From contig OZ024755.1 of assembly GCA_964016885.1 (NCBI GenBank), forward strand, positions 36,580,001-36,644,000: DNA of 64,000 nucleotides, read 5' to 3'. Origin of the DNA: Eledone cirrhosa (lineage: Eukaryota). The translations under genes were made by a program, and so were the position numbers. Positions 23,371 through 36,269 of the stretch are shown one piece after another (position 1 is the stretch's first letter; each line of letters starts with the position of its first letter). A model generated the notes under the pieces. It saw nothing but the letters and a program-made list of their open reading frames with translations. It made no database searches and was not told where the DNA came from.

Positions 23371-24258
23371 GGAACGAGTATGACCCCGACGGCTGAGCTC
23401 AAGCCGTTTCGACGGTTAATTCTGGACTCTTTGGTGCGTTATGGTCCACCTGGTTCCTTACCACATTTCCTTCGTTATATATATATATATATATATAAAG
23501 TGCCAGTCTTTTGTTTATCTTTAGTTATTGTGTTTTAACTAACCAAATAATCGTTGAATAACGTTTAAAATTAATCTGCGGTTGTTTAACAAATATATAG
23601 TGGTACAAGCTAAAGTGAAAGTTACACATGAAACTTTATTTATCATAAGCCCAAGCCTTGTGGATGAAAATGAAAAGTACTGAAACTCGTTCAATGGATT
23701 TTATTTGTTCTTGGTTGATAGATTTATCCATTGCCCGGTTTAAAACCAATACCCGAAGCTTAGATGCTTTTAGTGGAGTCCATTCTATTACAATCATACA
23801 AATCAGCGTCCTGCTTACTTCCTCTTCTCCAAAACACAATAGAACCCTCTGTGTTCAGAGAACGTGAGGCCGCCTGTGAGACGTGGGACCGGCGGGGACT
23901 TAGTCCAGTAGACGTCCCTCCTCCTTCTCCCCCTGTTGACGTCAAGTCCACCCCAAAGCACTTGGGATGCCATCCAGTGCAGCCTGGCCTCAGACAGGCT
24001 CACGCCGCAAGTGTGAACCCCGCGAGTTGGAGTGGCTTTTCCAGCGCATCTCCCTTGCCGTCCCCTGGGGGAACGCCTTCTCCATCCTGTCCGCCGGGGC
24101 TGTGGGTGGGCCCCATCGCGTAACATTCCATATTTAGGTATCTGTGTTCTCACATGTAGACACACGTCCTTTACCATAGTGTTGTGTTCCTAAACAAAGT
24201 TTATTTCCTTTAATAGTTACAATGTAATCTGTCTGCAGTATGTATACAATGAGATATG

Positions 24259-24755
24259 GGCATACGTCAAGACGGGCGGTCTCAAAAGTGCAACTAATTT
24301 TTGACAGTTACGATTGTGAATTTGTTTTTTTACAACAGGTCTCAATAGTGAAAGTATAATGCAGACACACGCAATTGTATGGATTTCTTAATATATATAT
24401 ATGTGTGTGTGTATGTATATATATATATGTGTGTTTGTATATATATGTGTGTTTGTGTCATCATCATCGTTTAACGTCTATCTTCCACGCAAGCATGGGT
24501 TTAGACGTATATATATGTTTGTGTGTATATATGTGTTTGTGTGTATATATATGTCTGTATATTTTCCGTACACACAGAATACACAAAAAAAGAAAAAAAA
24601 AAAAATCACGTACACGCAATACTAATTAACACCATATCACTATAGAGACCTGTTGTAAAAAAACAAACAAATTCACAATCCAAATTGAAAGTAATCACTT
24701 ACGTAACTGTCAAAAATTAGTTTCCCTTTTGAGACCGCCCGTCTTGACGTATGCC
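24259..24755. mobile_element. MITE with ~95-bp TIRs and 8-bp TSD (Merlin-like)
   Basis: GGCATACGTCAAGACGGGCGGTCTCAAAAG... / ...CTTTTGAGACCGCCCGTCTTGACGTATGCC; exact TSD GAGATATG at 24251-58 and 24756-63. Confidence 0.85.
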
Positions 24756-25814
24756 GAGATATGATTAAAATATAGACGTTGTAATGTTTCACAGACCATA
24801 CATTTAAGAGACTGAAATCCTTACTAATGTATTTTTAACTTACCAGCCTTTGCCACGCTTGAGTAAAAGCTACGGAGATTGTTGTTTAGCTGAGCTCAGC
24901 CCTGGCACAGTAGACATTATAATCAAAGCCTTTCTGGCGTGATCGTCCCATCATTTTGTATATGATCCAGAGCATCTCCCTTACAATCCTCCGGGGAAAC
25001 GCCTTCTCCATTCTGTCTGTCGGAGCTGTGGGGTGGTCAGTATTGGAGGACCCCATTTGCTCACTATACAGAGAGATGGGGAGGGTAAGAGAGATGGGGC
25101 GATGACAGTAGGAGTTCGGCTCTTCCGTGTTTGGACACATTGCATCTGTCAAGAGTGTATTTTCATACTTGTGACGAACTTTAACACTTAACCTATAATA
25201 ATACTATTGCTAATAACAATATTTGTTTTATTAGTAATAATATCATTATTACATTAAACAGGACTACATTGGTCAGTGTGTCCTTTCGTTTTTAACACAT
25301 CTGAAGGGAAGCTTTCATTTGCTTATAGATGCATACATCTATAAGCAAATGAAAGAGTTTCTACCTGTTAAAAATTACTGCCGAATTTCTCTTAAATCAC
25401 ACTTTACTGGAAAAAACCCAGTAATTGTCTAATCCATGCTAGCATGGAAAATGGACGTTAAACGACGTTGATGATGATTGCTAGAAAACTTGCCACCATA
25501 GATCTGCAGACCAGTCAACTTTCCCAGTCTGACGGGGAGGTGTTCCCCAACCCACTTCGGGGTGGGTGAGAGATGTCTTCTCTTGTGAAAATGGGTATAG
25601 CTTTCATTATGTAAAATCTCCACATTTTGCCTCATTTCTCCCAGTTTTGGGGCCCTTCTTTTCAGGGTACTCCCCATTTGGGTTTTTAGAGGTTGACAAG
25701 TATGGGTCTGCTCAATCTGATATGACTTCGGGGCTAAACAATCTGATATGATTTCGGGGCTAAACAATAACAACACCATTCTTACATCTTAATATTTCTT
25801 TAACTTTTTTTCAG

Positions 25815-26123
25815 ATGGTATAATTAAAGTTATCGTAGGTGAGCCCCTATATGTGAAGATACATGAAGATGTCAAATATCAGATTCTGCAAGCTGACAAC
25901 ATCAACAGACTAGCTACCTTTTTAATCAGTGAGGTGCATTCTGATCAAGGGAATTTGACACTTTCCATAACCAAAGATCCTTTAGAATTTACAGCAGTTA
26001 CAGGAAGAGATATTGGTGTAGTAACTATTCTGGAGCCTTACCAAACATTGGCTAACTGGTTTCTATTCACAAACAACTATACAGGATTTGCTCTCATTTA
26101 CGTCAAGGAGTATATGTCTGACG
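25815..26123 (+). CDS. TM7SF3: TM7SF3 exon 2
   Basis: tttttttcag|ATGG..., 309 nt open (DGIIKVIVGEPLYV...SEVHSDQGNLTLS...TGRDIGVV...KEYMSD), donor gtaagt; phases 1-1. Confidence 0.88.
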
Positions 26124-26227
26124 GTAAGTTTATATTTGCTCTATTTAATTCTTATTCTTTTGTGTAGGAAAACTATAGTTCAGTGTTATAGATTTTTTTG
26201 TGATGTTAATTTGGAGCTATATTATGT

Positions 26228-26717
26228 AACTAGTTGAATTACCCACGCCTTGCTGCGTTTCACACATTTTTTTGTAAGAAAATGATGATTGATTTTAAAT
26301 CAGTGATATAATTTATGGAGAAAAACTCTGCATTTCAATATTACTCAATGTAAAATGTAATGCATGAAAAATTGGAAAACATTATTTTTTGTAATATATC
26401 AAATTAAAATTACATTATTAAATCTTATTCTTATTTTGTTTCTTTTAAATAATTTTTTTTCAAAATATCAATTCAAGACTTTTGTGAATAGGCATCATAT
26501 CTTGTCATTTACCTATGGTTTAAATTTCATATAAATCGAAGGGGGGATTTGTGCCCACGGGGAACCCTTTGAGTAAAATGAAATATACTTATCCAACTAC
26601 CCTGGGCAATGTAGTTTCAGAATATATATGGTTATAGGAGTCTATCTCCAAAACCATAGGAGGAGTTTGTGAACAGACAAACAGACAAACAGACAGGAAC
26701 TACAACTTTATATAGAT
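26228..26717 (+). mobile_element. Possible Helentron/DINE-like non-autonomous element
   Basis: Begins ACTAGTTGAATTACCCACGCCTTGCTGCG, has (CAGACAAA)n near the end and terminates ...CTTTATATAGAT. A similar layout occurs at ~31263-32408. Confidence 0.45.
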
Positions 26718-28399
26718 GTGTGTGTGAGGATAGTGGATTGGTAGTGTCGGCAGAGCATCAGACTAAATGTTTTGCAGTGTTCCCACCGACGTCTCCTCTG
26801 TCTTTCATCTTTCTAAAGATTAGTAAAATAAAGAACTAGTTAAGTACTGTGGTTGATATAACCGACTTTCTCCTTCCCTCAAATTGCTGGTTATGTACCA
26901 TTGTTAGAAATAATTGTTTCTAGAAATAATTGTTTCTACTTTAGGCACAAGGCCAGCAATTACCCAGTGCATTACTGGCACTTTATTTTATCGACCCCGT
27001 AAGGATGAAAGGCAAAGTTAACCTCGGTGGGATTTGAACTCAGATTGTAAAGGGGTGTAAATTTATGCTGCAAAGCATGGCGTCCGACCCTCTACCAATA
27101 CTGTCAATCCACTGCCTTAGAAATAATGTGTGTGTGAGAGTGTGTGGTTTGTCTGAATGTTATCACCAATAAATGCTTAGTAACAATTGGAATACCTTTA
27201 CTCCTTAAGGTAATCTATTTTGTTATATATCTGGTGCTATAGTAATATAGTCACCTGTTTTTACATTGAGTGGGAGAGAAGGAAGTTTCAATTTGACATA
27301 TTTCTATTCTGGAAATTTGGTGTGGTAAATAAATATATATATATATACACCAGGTCCGAACATAATAGAATCAAACTCCTGTCTCACCCTCTCTCTCCAT
27401 CTCTCATATACACCAGGTCCGAACATAATGACGCCAAACCCCCACTGTCACTGCCTCCGTCCTTCCCTTTCTCCCCATCTCTCACTATAATGAGCTAATG
27501 GGGGCCCACGCGCTAGCCACTCCCTGGCCGCAGTGGACAGAATAGAGAAGGCGTTTCCCAGGAGGATGGTGAGGGAGATGCGCTGGAAGAGTCATTCCAA
27601 CTCGTGCATCTCTCATCTGCGGGTAGCCAACTCCCTGTAGATGATGGTGAGTAGGGAGGTGGTCCTAGGGCCAAGGACACCAGAGGTCTCCACTAGTTCA
27701 ACACAATAATTAAGAAAAGACTTTAGAGTCTCAGTGTCTTCCTGACTGAGAAAGGCACTTATGAACATTCGCTTAACGATTCTTATTTAATTAAAAAGCA
27801 AGAATAATGAAAACGATGATAATAAATGGGGTTCCTTCAAAGGGTCTTTGGAGTAATGTTACTCGATAAAGTGCGTAACTCGGAGATTAGAGAGTCACTC
27901 CAGGTAGAGCTGCTACTTCTTCAAATTGAGAGATCACAGCTCTGATATATTATGGTTATGTGGTTAGAATGTCTCAGGAAAGAATCGCTGGACAGATTTT
28001 ATGGGTAAAACCAACAGGTTGGAGACCCAGGGGTAGACCCCGAGCAAGATGGTTGGATAACATCCATGAGCTTGGCTGGATACGGTTGGGGATCCAGCCG
28101 GATCTGTTGCTTCTGACAGGACCTGCTGGGGGGAGTGTTTGAGGATTCTATCCCCACAACCCTCTGAGGAATAAGTGGGCAAAGAAAAGAAGTTAATAAA
28201 TGACAACACCAAAAATGGATGAATGACAAGGGAGTTGAAATTCTCATCAGAAAATTTAATGCATTAAAATTTAACTAATCAACTTTCAAACTAATGCTAT
28301 TTTTAAACAGATCAGGAGTTGTCTCCCTTACATTCCGCGAATATATAGAAATAACGCGCCATAAGTCCAACAAATCTTTTTTTTTTATGGTGGGGACCT

Positions 28400-29990
28400 A
28401 CTGAGTCACCGACACTGAATTCCTCAACCGCACCAAGATACTCTGCATATTAACCCTGCTCCGACAGCGACATCTGTGCTAGCTTTGGTCACGTACATTG
28501 TATGCTGGATGGGAGAACCCCAAAAGACCTCTGTATGGGGAACTGGTCACCGGCACAACAAGAGCACAAGGGTGACCTCATCTTCTTTTCAAAGACATCT
28601 GCAAGAGAGATATAAAGTCAATAGATCTGGACATCCAGAGATGATAGGAAGAGATCGTTAATGATCACCCATGCTGGAGTTGAGTTCTTTGCAAGGAGAA
28701 GAGAAACTGAAACTTGCTACCAAAGAAAAGCATGCTTGAAGAAAGGACAATACAGTAGTACCAGAGGAGGGCATCTTCAAATGCAGTTGCTGTATACAAG
28801 ACTACCACTCTGGTGTGGGCCTGTACAGCCACAGTAGTACCAGAGGGGGGCATCTTCAAATGCAGTTGCTGTATACAAGACTGCCACTCTGGTGTGGGCC
28901 TGTACAGCCACAGTAGTACCAGAGGAGGGCATCTTCAAATGCAGTTGCTGTATACAAGACTGCCACTCCGGTGTGGGCCTGTACAGCCACAGTAGTACCA
29001 GAGGGGGGCATCTTCAAATGCAGTTGCTGTATACAAGACTGCACTCCGGTGTGGGCCTGTACAGCCACAGTAGTACCAGAGGAGGGCAACTCCAAATGCA
29101 GTTGCTGTATACAAGACTGCACTCCGGTGTGGGCCTGTACAGCCACAGTAGTACCAGAGGAGGGCAACTCCAAATGCAGTTGCTGTATACAAGACTGCCA
29201 CTCCGGTGTGGGCCTGTACAGCCACAGTAGTACCAGAGGGGGGCATCTTCAAATGCAGTTGTTGTATACAAGACTGCACTCCGGTGTGGGCCTGTACAGC
29301 CACAGTAGTACCAGAGGAGGGCAACTCCAAATGCAGTTGCTGTATACAAGACTGCACTCCGGTGTGGGCCTGTACAGCCACAGTAGTACCAGAGGGGGGC
29401 ATCTTCAAATGCAGTTGCTGTATACAAGACTGCCACTCCGGTGTGGGCCTGTACAGCCACAGTAGTACCAGAGGGGGGCATCTTCAAATGCAGTTGCTGT
29501 ATACAAGACTGCCACTCCGGTGTGGGCCTGTACAGCCACAGTAGTACCAGAGGAGGGCATCTTCAAATGCAGTTGCTGTATACAAGACTGCCACTCCGGT
29601 GTGGGCCTGTACAGCCACAGTAGTACCAGAGGAGGGCATCTTCAAATGCAGTTGTTGTATACAAGACTGCCACTCCGGTGTGGGCCTGTACAGCCACAGT
29701 AGTACCAGAGGAGGGCATCTTCAAATGCAGTTGCTGTATACAAGACTGCACTCCGGTGTGGGCCTGTACAGCCACAGTAGTACCAGAGGGGGGCATCTTC
29801 AAATGCAGTTGCTGTATACAAGACTGCCACTCCGGTGTGGGCCTGTACAGCCACAGTAGTACCAGAGGGGGGCATCTTCAAATGCAGTTGCTGTATACAA
29901 GACTGCCACTCCGGTGTGGGCCTGTACAGCCACAGCAGATGCTGCACCACCATAAGCAGCTGACACAAAATTCTCCAGGCGCAGATCCAA
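28400..29990 (+). mobile_element. RTE-clade LINE 3' end containing a 78/79-bp minisatellite (28753-29935, ~15 units)
   Basis: Degenerate PKDL.YGEL.TG...FKDICKRD upstream. The repeat unit encodes FKCSCCIQDCHSGVGLYSHS, resembling the C-terminal CxxC...SxIGLxSH motif of RTE ORF2. Confidence 0.85.
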
Positions 29991-30636
29991 TGGATGCCAA
30001 TAATAAATGTTTCTACTTTTGGCACAATTACCCCCAGTGCATTACTGATACTTTATTTTATCGACAAAGTTAACCTCGGCAAGATTTGAACTCAGACTAT
30101 AAATGGCTATAACTCTGTGTGGCAAAGCATGGTGTCCGACCCTCTACTGATACTCCCAATCCACTGAATAATTATATTTGAACATCCTTTAACCCGTTAA
30201 CATTTACATTACTCTATATTTACTATTATATTTTCATAACCCGCCGAGGTTAACTTTGCCTTTCATCCTTACGGGGTCGATAAAATAAAGTACCAGTAAT
30301 GCACTGGGTATTTGCTGGCCTTGTGCCAAATGTAGAAACAATTATATTTTCATGGTAAAGGCTTTATCTTACAGAATTATCTTACATAATATTGAATCTA
30401 TGAGATATTGATATTATTTATTTTGAGAATATGAGTGACCAGTATGAGTGACCAGTTACAACCAGTTTCAACAGAAAGAGGTGAGACAACTCTGGCCAGA
30501 TATGGCCAGTTTAAATGCTAAAGGGTTATTTTTCTAAGTACTTAACTGTAAAATAGTGATGGAACCTTTTTGTTTTTAATTTCATGACATCATTATGTTG
30601 ATAATATTATCCACTATCTTATCTTTTTTTTTGTAG

Positions 30637-30920
30637 CTCCCCTCGCTGGAGGTTGTAACCAAGAGTTTAATCTTGAAATTGATTCTAATATTCAACTGAC
30701 ATATCCGAACCTACTTACAAAAATTAACTTCCAGTGGGCAAATGTTGGTGTCGACCGTATTACAAACCCACCAAACTGTGAAAATGTACAATTGCAATCA
30801 AGTATGGAATATTATGTTTATATTTATTTTATGGATGAAACCAAGAAAAGAGATTTGTCTTATTTGGAAACTGTGGAGAAAATGATATCTGTCGATGGTA
30901 TTTTAGAAAATGCAGTATAT
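30637..30920 (+). CDS. TM7SF3: TM7SF3 exon 3
   Basis: APLAGGCNQEFNLEIDSNIQL...ANVGVDRITNPPNC...YYVYIYFMDE...KMISV, closely parallel to vertebrate TM7SF3 PIPGGCNLEFDLDIDPNI...; canonical ag/gtaagt; phases 1-0. Confidence 0.93.
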
Positions 30921-32192
30921 GTAAGTTTATTTTATTATTTGTACTAGCAGATGGATTGGCAGTATCGGTAGAGGGTCGGACGCCATGGGTGGTGGATTGG
31001 CAGTATCGGTAGAGGGTCGGACGCCATGGGTGGTGGATTGGCAGTATCGGTAGAGGGTCGGACGCCATGGGTGGTGGATTGGCAGTATCAGTAGAGGGTC
31101 GGACGCCATGCTTTCAAGCATAGTTACGTCCCTTTATGATCAGAGTTCAAATCCCGCCGAGGTTGACTTTGCCTTTCATCCTTACGGGGTCGATAAAATA
31201 AAGTACCAGTAATGCACTGGGTAATTGCTGGCTTTGTGCCTAAAGTAGAAACAATTATTTGTACTAGCAGAATTGCTCGGGATTCTAAACATAGATTGGC
31301 ATGTTTATCCCTCCTTTCTGAAACAGTTTCATCGTATCTTCACCAATTGATGCAGAAGTCCTAATAAAAAGTGAAGTCACCTTGGGTGAATAGGCAAATA
31401 ATTTTCCATTAAGATTTTTAAAAAAAATGTAATTGCGTTCTCTCTCTTTTGTTGTTGTTTTTGCTGCTGTCGAGCCTCGTGAAATAAATATGTTTGTTTA
31501 TATTTTGTTATTGTGTAGGCAAAAATATCTGTACATGAATATATAATTATATATATATTAAAATAACAGATTAAAGTTTAAGTGAAGAATCGCTGCTTTC
31601 ACCCTTAACGGGATCTTCTGAAACGAAAAAAATCAATCTGTGAACGCAGAAGTAAATATTTCGAAAAATGTTACACACTATATATTTATATACACACATT
31701 ATATATATACATATACACACACACACACACAGATAGTGTCATAATGTCGTAATACAGACAGATATTATAAAGGCGCAACATTATAGCTATGTATCTATCT
31801 AAAAAGATAGAGAGAGACCGTTAAACGGCGCCTAATGCGGTCCCTAGGGCATTGAAATGTATATGAAGACATCCGTGAAATAACTGTCAAACTACTTTTC
31901 GAAGGAAGACCTTCGGAATATTTGTTCTAAACCGAGTCTCAGACACTCCCTTGTCACTATTTACTTCTTACAATAAATATATTGAACCAATAAAATAAAC
32001 CCGAAATAAATGAAATACGTGGATGAAGGATGAAGAAAAGCTAATGGTGGTGACACATAGATATGAGGATGGAGAGGGAGCATGTTAGTTTGATTGGCTG
32101 AGAGAGAGAGACAAACAGACAGACAGAGAGGGAATGACGGATGTAAGAGACGTAGTAACTTTTGGACACATCAAATTAAATAACATCCTACT

Positions 32193-32252
<60 letters not shown>

Positions 32253-33289
32253 CCTCTGTCCCTCTCTCTCTCTGTCTCAGCCAATCGATTCGGTACTTCT
32301 CGAGTTACAGGCCTTAACGCAACCGAAATGCTTTAAAAAACGGTTTTTCGTCTAATGTGGTCCCTCGGGTAAAAAATGAAAAAATCTTCAGTTTTATATA
32401 TATAGATTAAGGGCAGTGGATTGGCAGTATCGGTAGAGGGTCGGACGCCATGCTTTATATCATAGAGTTATGGCCCTTTATGATCTGAGTTCAAATCCTG
32501 CCGAGGTTAACTTTGCCTTTCATCCTTGCAGGGTCGATAAAATAAAGTACCAGTTATACACAGGGGTCGATTTAATCTACTTTCCACCAAATGGGGTCCC
32601 ACGTGCTGGCCGCCCCACAGCCCCAATGGAAAGAATGGAGAAGGCATTTCCCCGGAGGATGGTAATGGAGATGCGCTGGAAGAGCCGTTCCATCTCGTGA
32701 GGCTCCCATCTGCGGCTGGCCAGCTCAACGCCTATGGTGGTGAGTAGGGAGGTAGCCCAAGAGCCAAGGACACCTGAAGACTCCACTGCCAAGGGCACGA
32801 CCGCAAACCTGTCGGAGAGCAACCAGTAACTGCTGGATGCCTTTCCTATCACCATCTACTTTACAGAGTGTACTGGATAAGGATTTTATATATAAAAATG
32901 GGGGTTAGTAATATAAAAAATTGTAATTGCGTGAGTTTTACTGTGTTTTTACAACTTGGTAAAAAGAATAGAAAGCAAGTAAAAACTAGTGTGTTTGCTT
33001 TTTATGCAAATTCGTGTAATTCAAGTCTAATATTTCTGATAACTAAAAAAATCAAAAACCACATGCTTTATAGTGCGTTATTCGCACAAAATGGATATTT
33101 AATCTTCAGCACGTGTTAGGCGTCTTATGCCGCCAATAGAATAACCTCCCCTTAATACATAATGTAGAGTCAAGGGAAGTAATCCATAAAAAGATTCAGC
33201 GTGCTAAAAGTTAATATTTTTTCAATACGTGTTAAAGCAAATTTGCATACGCGAACAGACTGTATTTCTTCTGTCATGTATTCTTTTAG

Positions 33290-33467
33290 GTGAAAACTAT
33301 AAAAAACAACAACATTGAAAAGTCTGACTTGTCAGTGGTTTCCTACCCTTGTGTGAGTGCAGTGGTAAATCTTATTGTTTACAGAACATTCAATGGCATC
33401 ACATCTTCATCATCATATGTACCGACTGTCATCAATCCAGATTTGTTGCAATGTGAGGAAAACAAAA
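33290..33467 (+). CDS. TM7SF3: TM7SF3 exon 4
   Basis: ttcttttag|GTG; VKTIK...SYPCVSAVVNLIV...SYVPTV...CEENK; donor gtaagc; phases 0-1. Confidence 0.88.
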
Positions 33468-33888
33468 GTAAGCATTTAAACCGGTCATATCCGGCCAGAA
33501 TTCTCTCACCTCTTTCTGTTCAAACCAGTCATAACCGGCCAGAATTCTCTCACCTCTTTCTGTTCAAACTGGTTGTAACCAGCAGCTGCTACTAATGCTA
33601 ATGTGTTCTCAAAATAAATATCAAAACCTCATAGATTCGATATTATGTGAGATAATTATGTTAGATAAAGCCTTTACTGTGAAAATATAATAGTATATAT
33701 AGAATAATGGAAATAGTAAAGGTTTAAATTCCAGTAACTTGTTATTGCTAACTTGATCTTAGCTGTATTTAAACTGAAAGATATGAAACATTAAATTGCT
33801 TTTAATGTTATCCAATTCACTCCTTCATTTTAAAATTGATATTTTTTATTGTTAAAGTTTTTTTTTTTCAATTATTTTTAATTTTCAG

Positions 33889-33975
33889 AAAATATTGTAA
33901 CAATTTTAATTTCGTGTACAACCATCCTGCTGGGATTCCTCTTGTGTTTCTTTGGACACAGATATTTTAAGACAG
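33889..33975 (+). CDS. TM7SF3: TM7SF3 exon 5 (TM1)
   Basis: KNIVTILISCTTILLGFLLCFFGHRYFKT matches the conserved LLGFFICFFGHRFWKT; phases 1-1. Confidence 0.92.
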
Positions 33976-34671
33976 GTATTTTTCCATTTATTACCTTATT
34001 GTAATACAAGTCAACAAACATTTCAAATCCACTTTGCTAAAGCAGAGATTACCCTTACAAACATCATAACAAACTTAATCATACTCAGTATCGACAGGCG
34101 ATCGACTTTCGTTAAATTGGACCAAGGAAACAATGTTTCCATTGGTCTTTCCAATTGCTAATACTATCTATTGGTCGCAACTCCAGGTAGAAGGAGCAAC
34201 GTGAAATAAAGTGTCTTACTCAAGGACATAACGCATCACCCAGCCCGGGAATCAAACTCACAACCTCACAATTGCGAATCCAATTCACTAACCACTCAAC
34301 CACGCAACTTCAGTATATGGTCCTTTAAGTTGATGGATTGGTAGAAATGTTAAAGTGTTGAACGAATGCCTAGCAATATTTGTTTTGGTTCTTTATATGA
34401 GTTTGAATCCCAACAAGGTCAACTTTGCCTTTCACCCTTTCAAGGTTGATTCAATAAAATACCAGTAACATACTGAGGTTGGTATAATTGACTTTCCTCT
34501 CTCCTCAAATTGGCGTTGTAAATGGCAAAAACTAAGAAACATTTATATGATAGAATAGCAGGAAGAGAACTAACATATTTTGGACATTACTATAAACTGG
34601 TCAAACATACAGAAAAAGAAAGCATACCAGTTAAGTACTGGCATCGGTAGAGCATTGGACATGCTATTTGG

Positions 34672-35905
34672 CAGGGGTGTGCAACAGGCGACCCATGGGC
34701 CACAATCCGGCCCACCAGACCAGTCAGAGTTGCCCGCAATGACCGTTTTTAATTTTTACCTTGTCAGCTTATTTAGAATTTTTTTCGTAACCATAATACA
34801 ATTTCCTGTTAGTTGACCTATACTAAATGGCTTCACTGATAGGGTTATGTGTGTTATAATTTCCCAGTTGACCTATACTAAATGGCTTCACTGATAGGGT
34901 TATGTGTGTTATAATTTCCCCAGTTGACCTATACTAAATGGCTTCACTGATAGGGTTATGTGTGTTATAATTTCCCAGTTGACCTATACTAAATGGCTTC
35001 ACTGATAGGGTTATGTGTGTTATAATTTCCCAGTTGACCTATACTAAACGGCTTCACTGATAGGGTTATGTGTGTTATAATTTCCCAGTTGACCTATACT
35101 AAATGGCTTCACTGATAGGGTTATGTGTGTTATAATTTCCCCAGTTGACCTATACTAAATGGCTTCACTCATAGGGTTATGTGTGTTATAATTTCCCAGT
35201 TGACCTATACTAAATGGCTTCACTGATAGGGTTATGTGTGTTATAATTTCCCCAGTTGACCTATACTAAATGGCTTCACTGATAGGGTTATGTGTGTTAT
35301 AATTTCCCAGTTGACCTATACTAAATGGCTTCACTGATAGGGTTATGTGTGTTATAATTTCCCCAGTTGACCTATACTAAATGGCTTCACTGATAGGGTT
35401 ATGTGTGTTATAATTTCCCAGTTGACCTATACTAAACGGCTTCACTGATAGGGTTATGTGTGTTATAATTTCCCCAGTTGACCTATACTAAATGGCTTCA
35501 CTGATAGGGTTATGTGTGTTATAATTTCCCAGTTGACCTATACTAAACGGCTTCACTGATAGGGTTATGTGTGTTATAATTTCCCAGTTGACCTATACTA
35601 AACGGCTTCACTGATAGGGTTATGTGTGTTATAATTTCCCAGTTGACCTATACTAAATGGCTTCACTGATAGGGTTATGTGTGTTATAATTTCCCAGTTG
35701 ACCTATACTAAACGGCTTCACTGATAGGGTTATGTGTGTTATAATTTCCCAGTTGACCTATACTAAACGGCTTCACTGATAGGGTTATGTGTGTTATAAT
35801 TTCCCAGTTCCCTGTTATGGAAAGAAGTTGTGAATCTTTGAAATAGTGCTTAATAAATATTAACGGCCCTAGTGGCCTGCCAATAGAATATATTGCACAC
35901 CCATA
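34672..35905. mobile_element. hAT-like MITE containing a 55/56-bp minisatellite (34810-35808, ~18 units), inserted into a SINE
   Basis: Left end CAGGGGTGTGCAA with CGGCCC subterminal motifs, right end TTGCACACCC. Unit AGTTGACCTATACTAAATGGCTTCACTGATAGGGTTATGTGTGTTATAATTTCCC. SINE A halves flank the element. Confidence 0.8.
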
Positions 35906-36188
35906 TGGCATACGGTTACGCCACTTTACGATCTGAGATCAAATCCTGCCAAGGTTCGCTTTGCCTTTTAGCCTTACAGGGGTCGATAAAATAAAGTACC
36001 AGTAATGCACTGGGGTCAATTTAATTGACTTTCCCCTCTCCCAAAATTGTTGGCCTTGCACCTAAATCAGAAACCAATATAAATGGAGCCCCATCCCCTC
36101 CCCTGCCCCCATTGCTGGCTTTGTGCCAATGTTAGAAAGAATTATTGGTAGTAGTATTTATGTATATATTTTATTTTGTTATTTACAG

Positions 36189-36269
36189 GACTGTTTGTAT
36201 TTGGAGCAATTACTGGTTTTCTTATTGCACACATCACTGTCAATGCAGTTTTGACAAACTCATTTGCAG
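36189..36269 (+). CDS. TM7SF3: TM7SF3 exon 6
   Basis: GLFVFGAITGFLIAHITVNAVLTNSFA; tttacag acceptor, gtaggt donor; phases 1-1. Confidence 0.88.

Noticed and set aside
34810-35808. Regular array as a CRISPR candidate
   Set aside because: Head-to-tail near-identical units without spacers, in a eukaryotic context.
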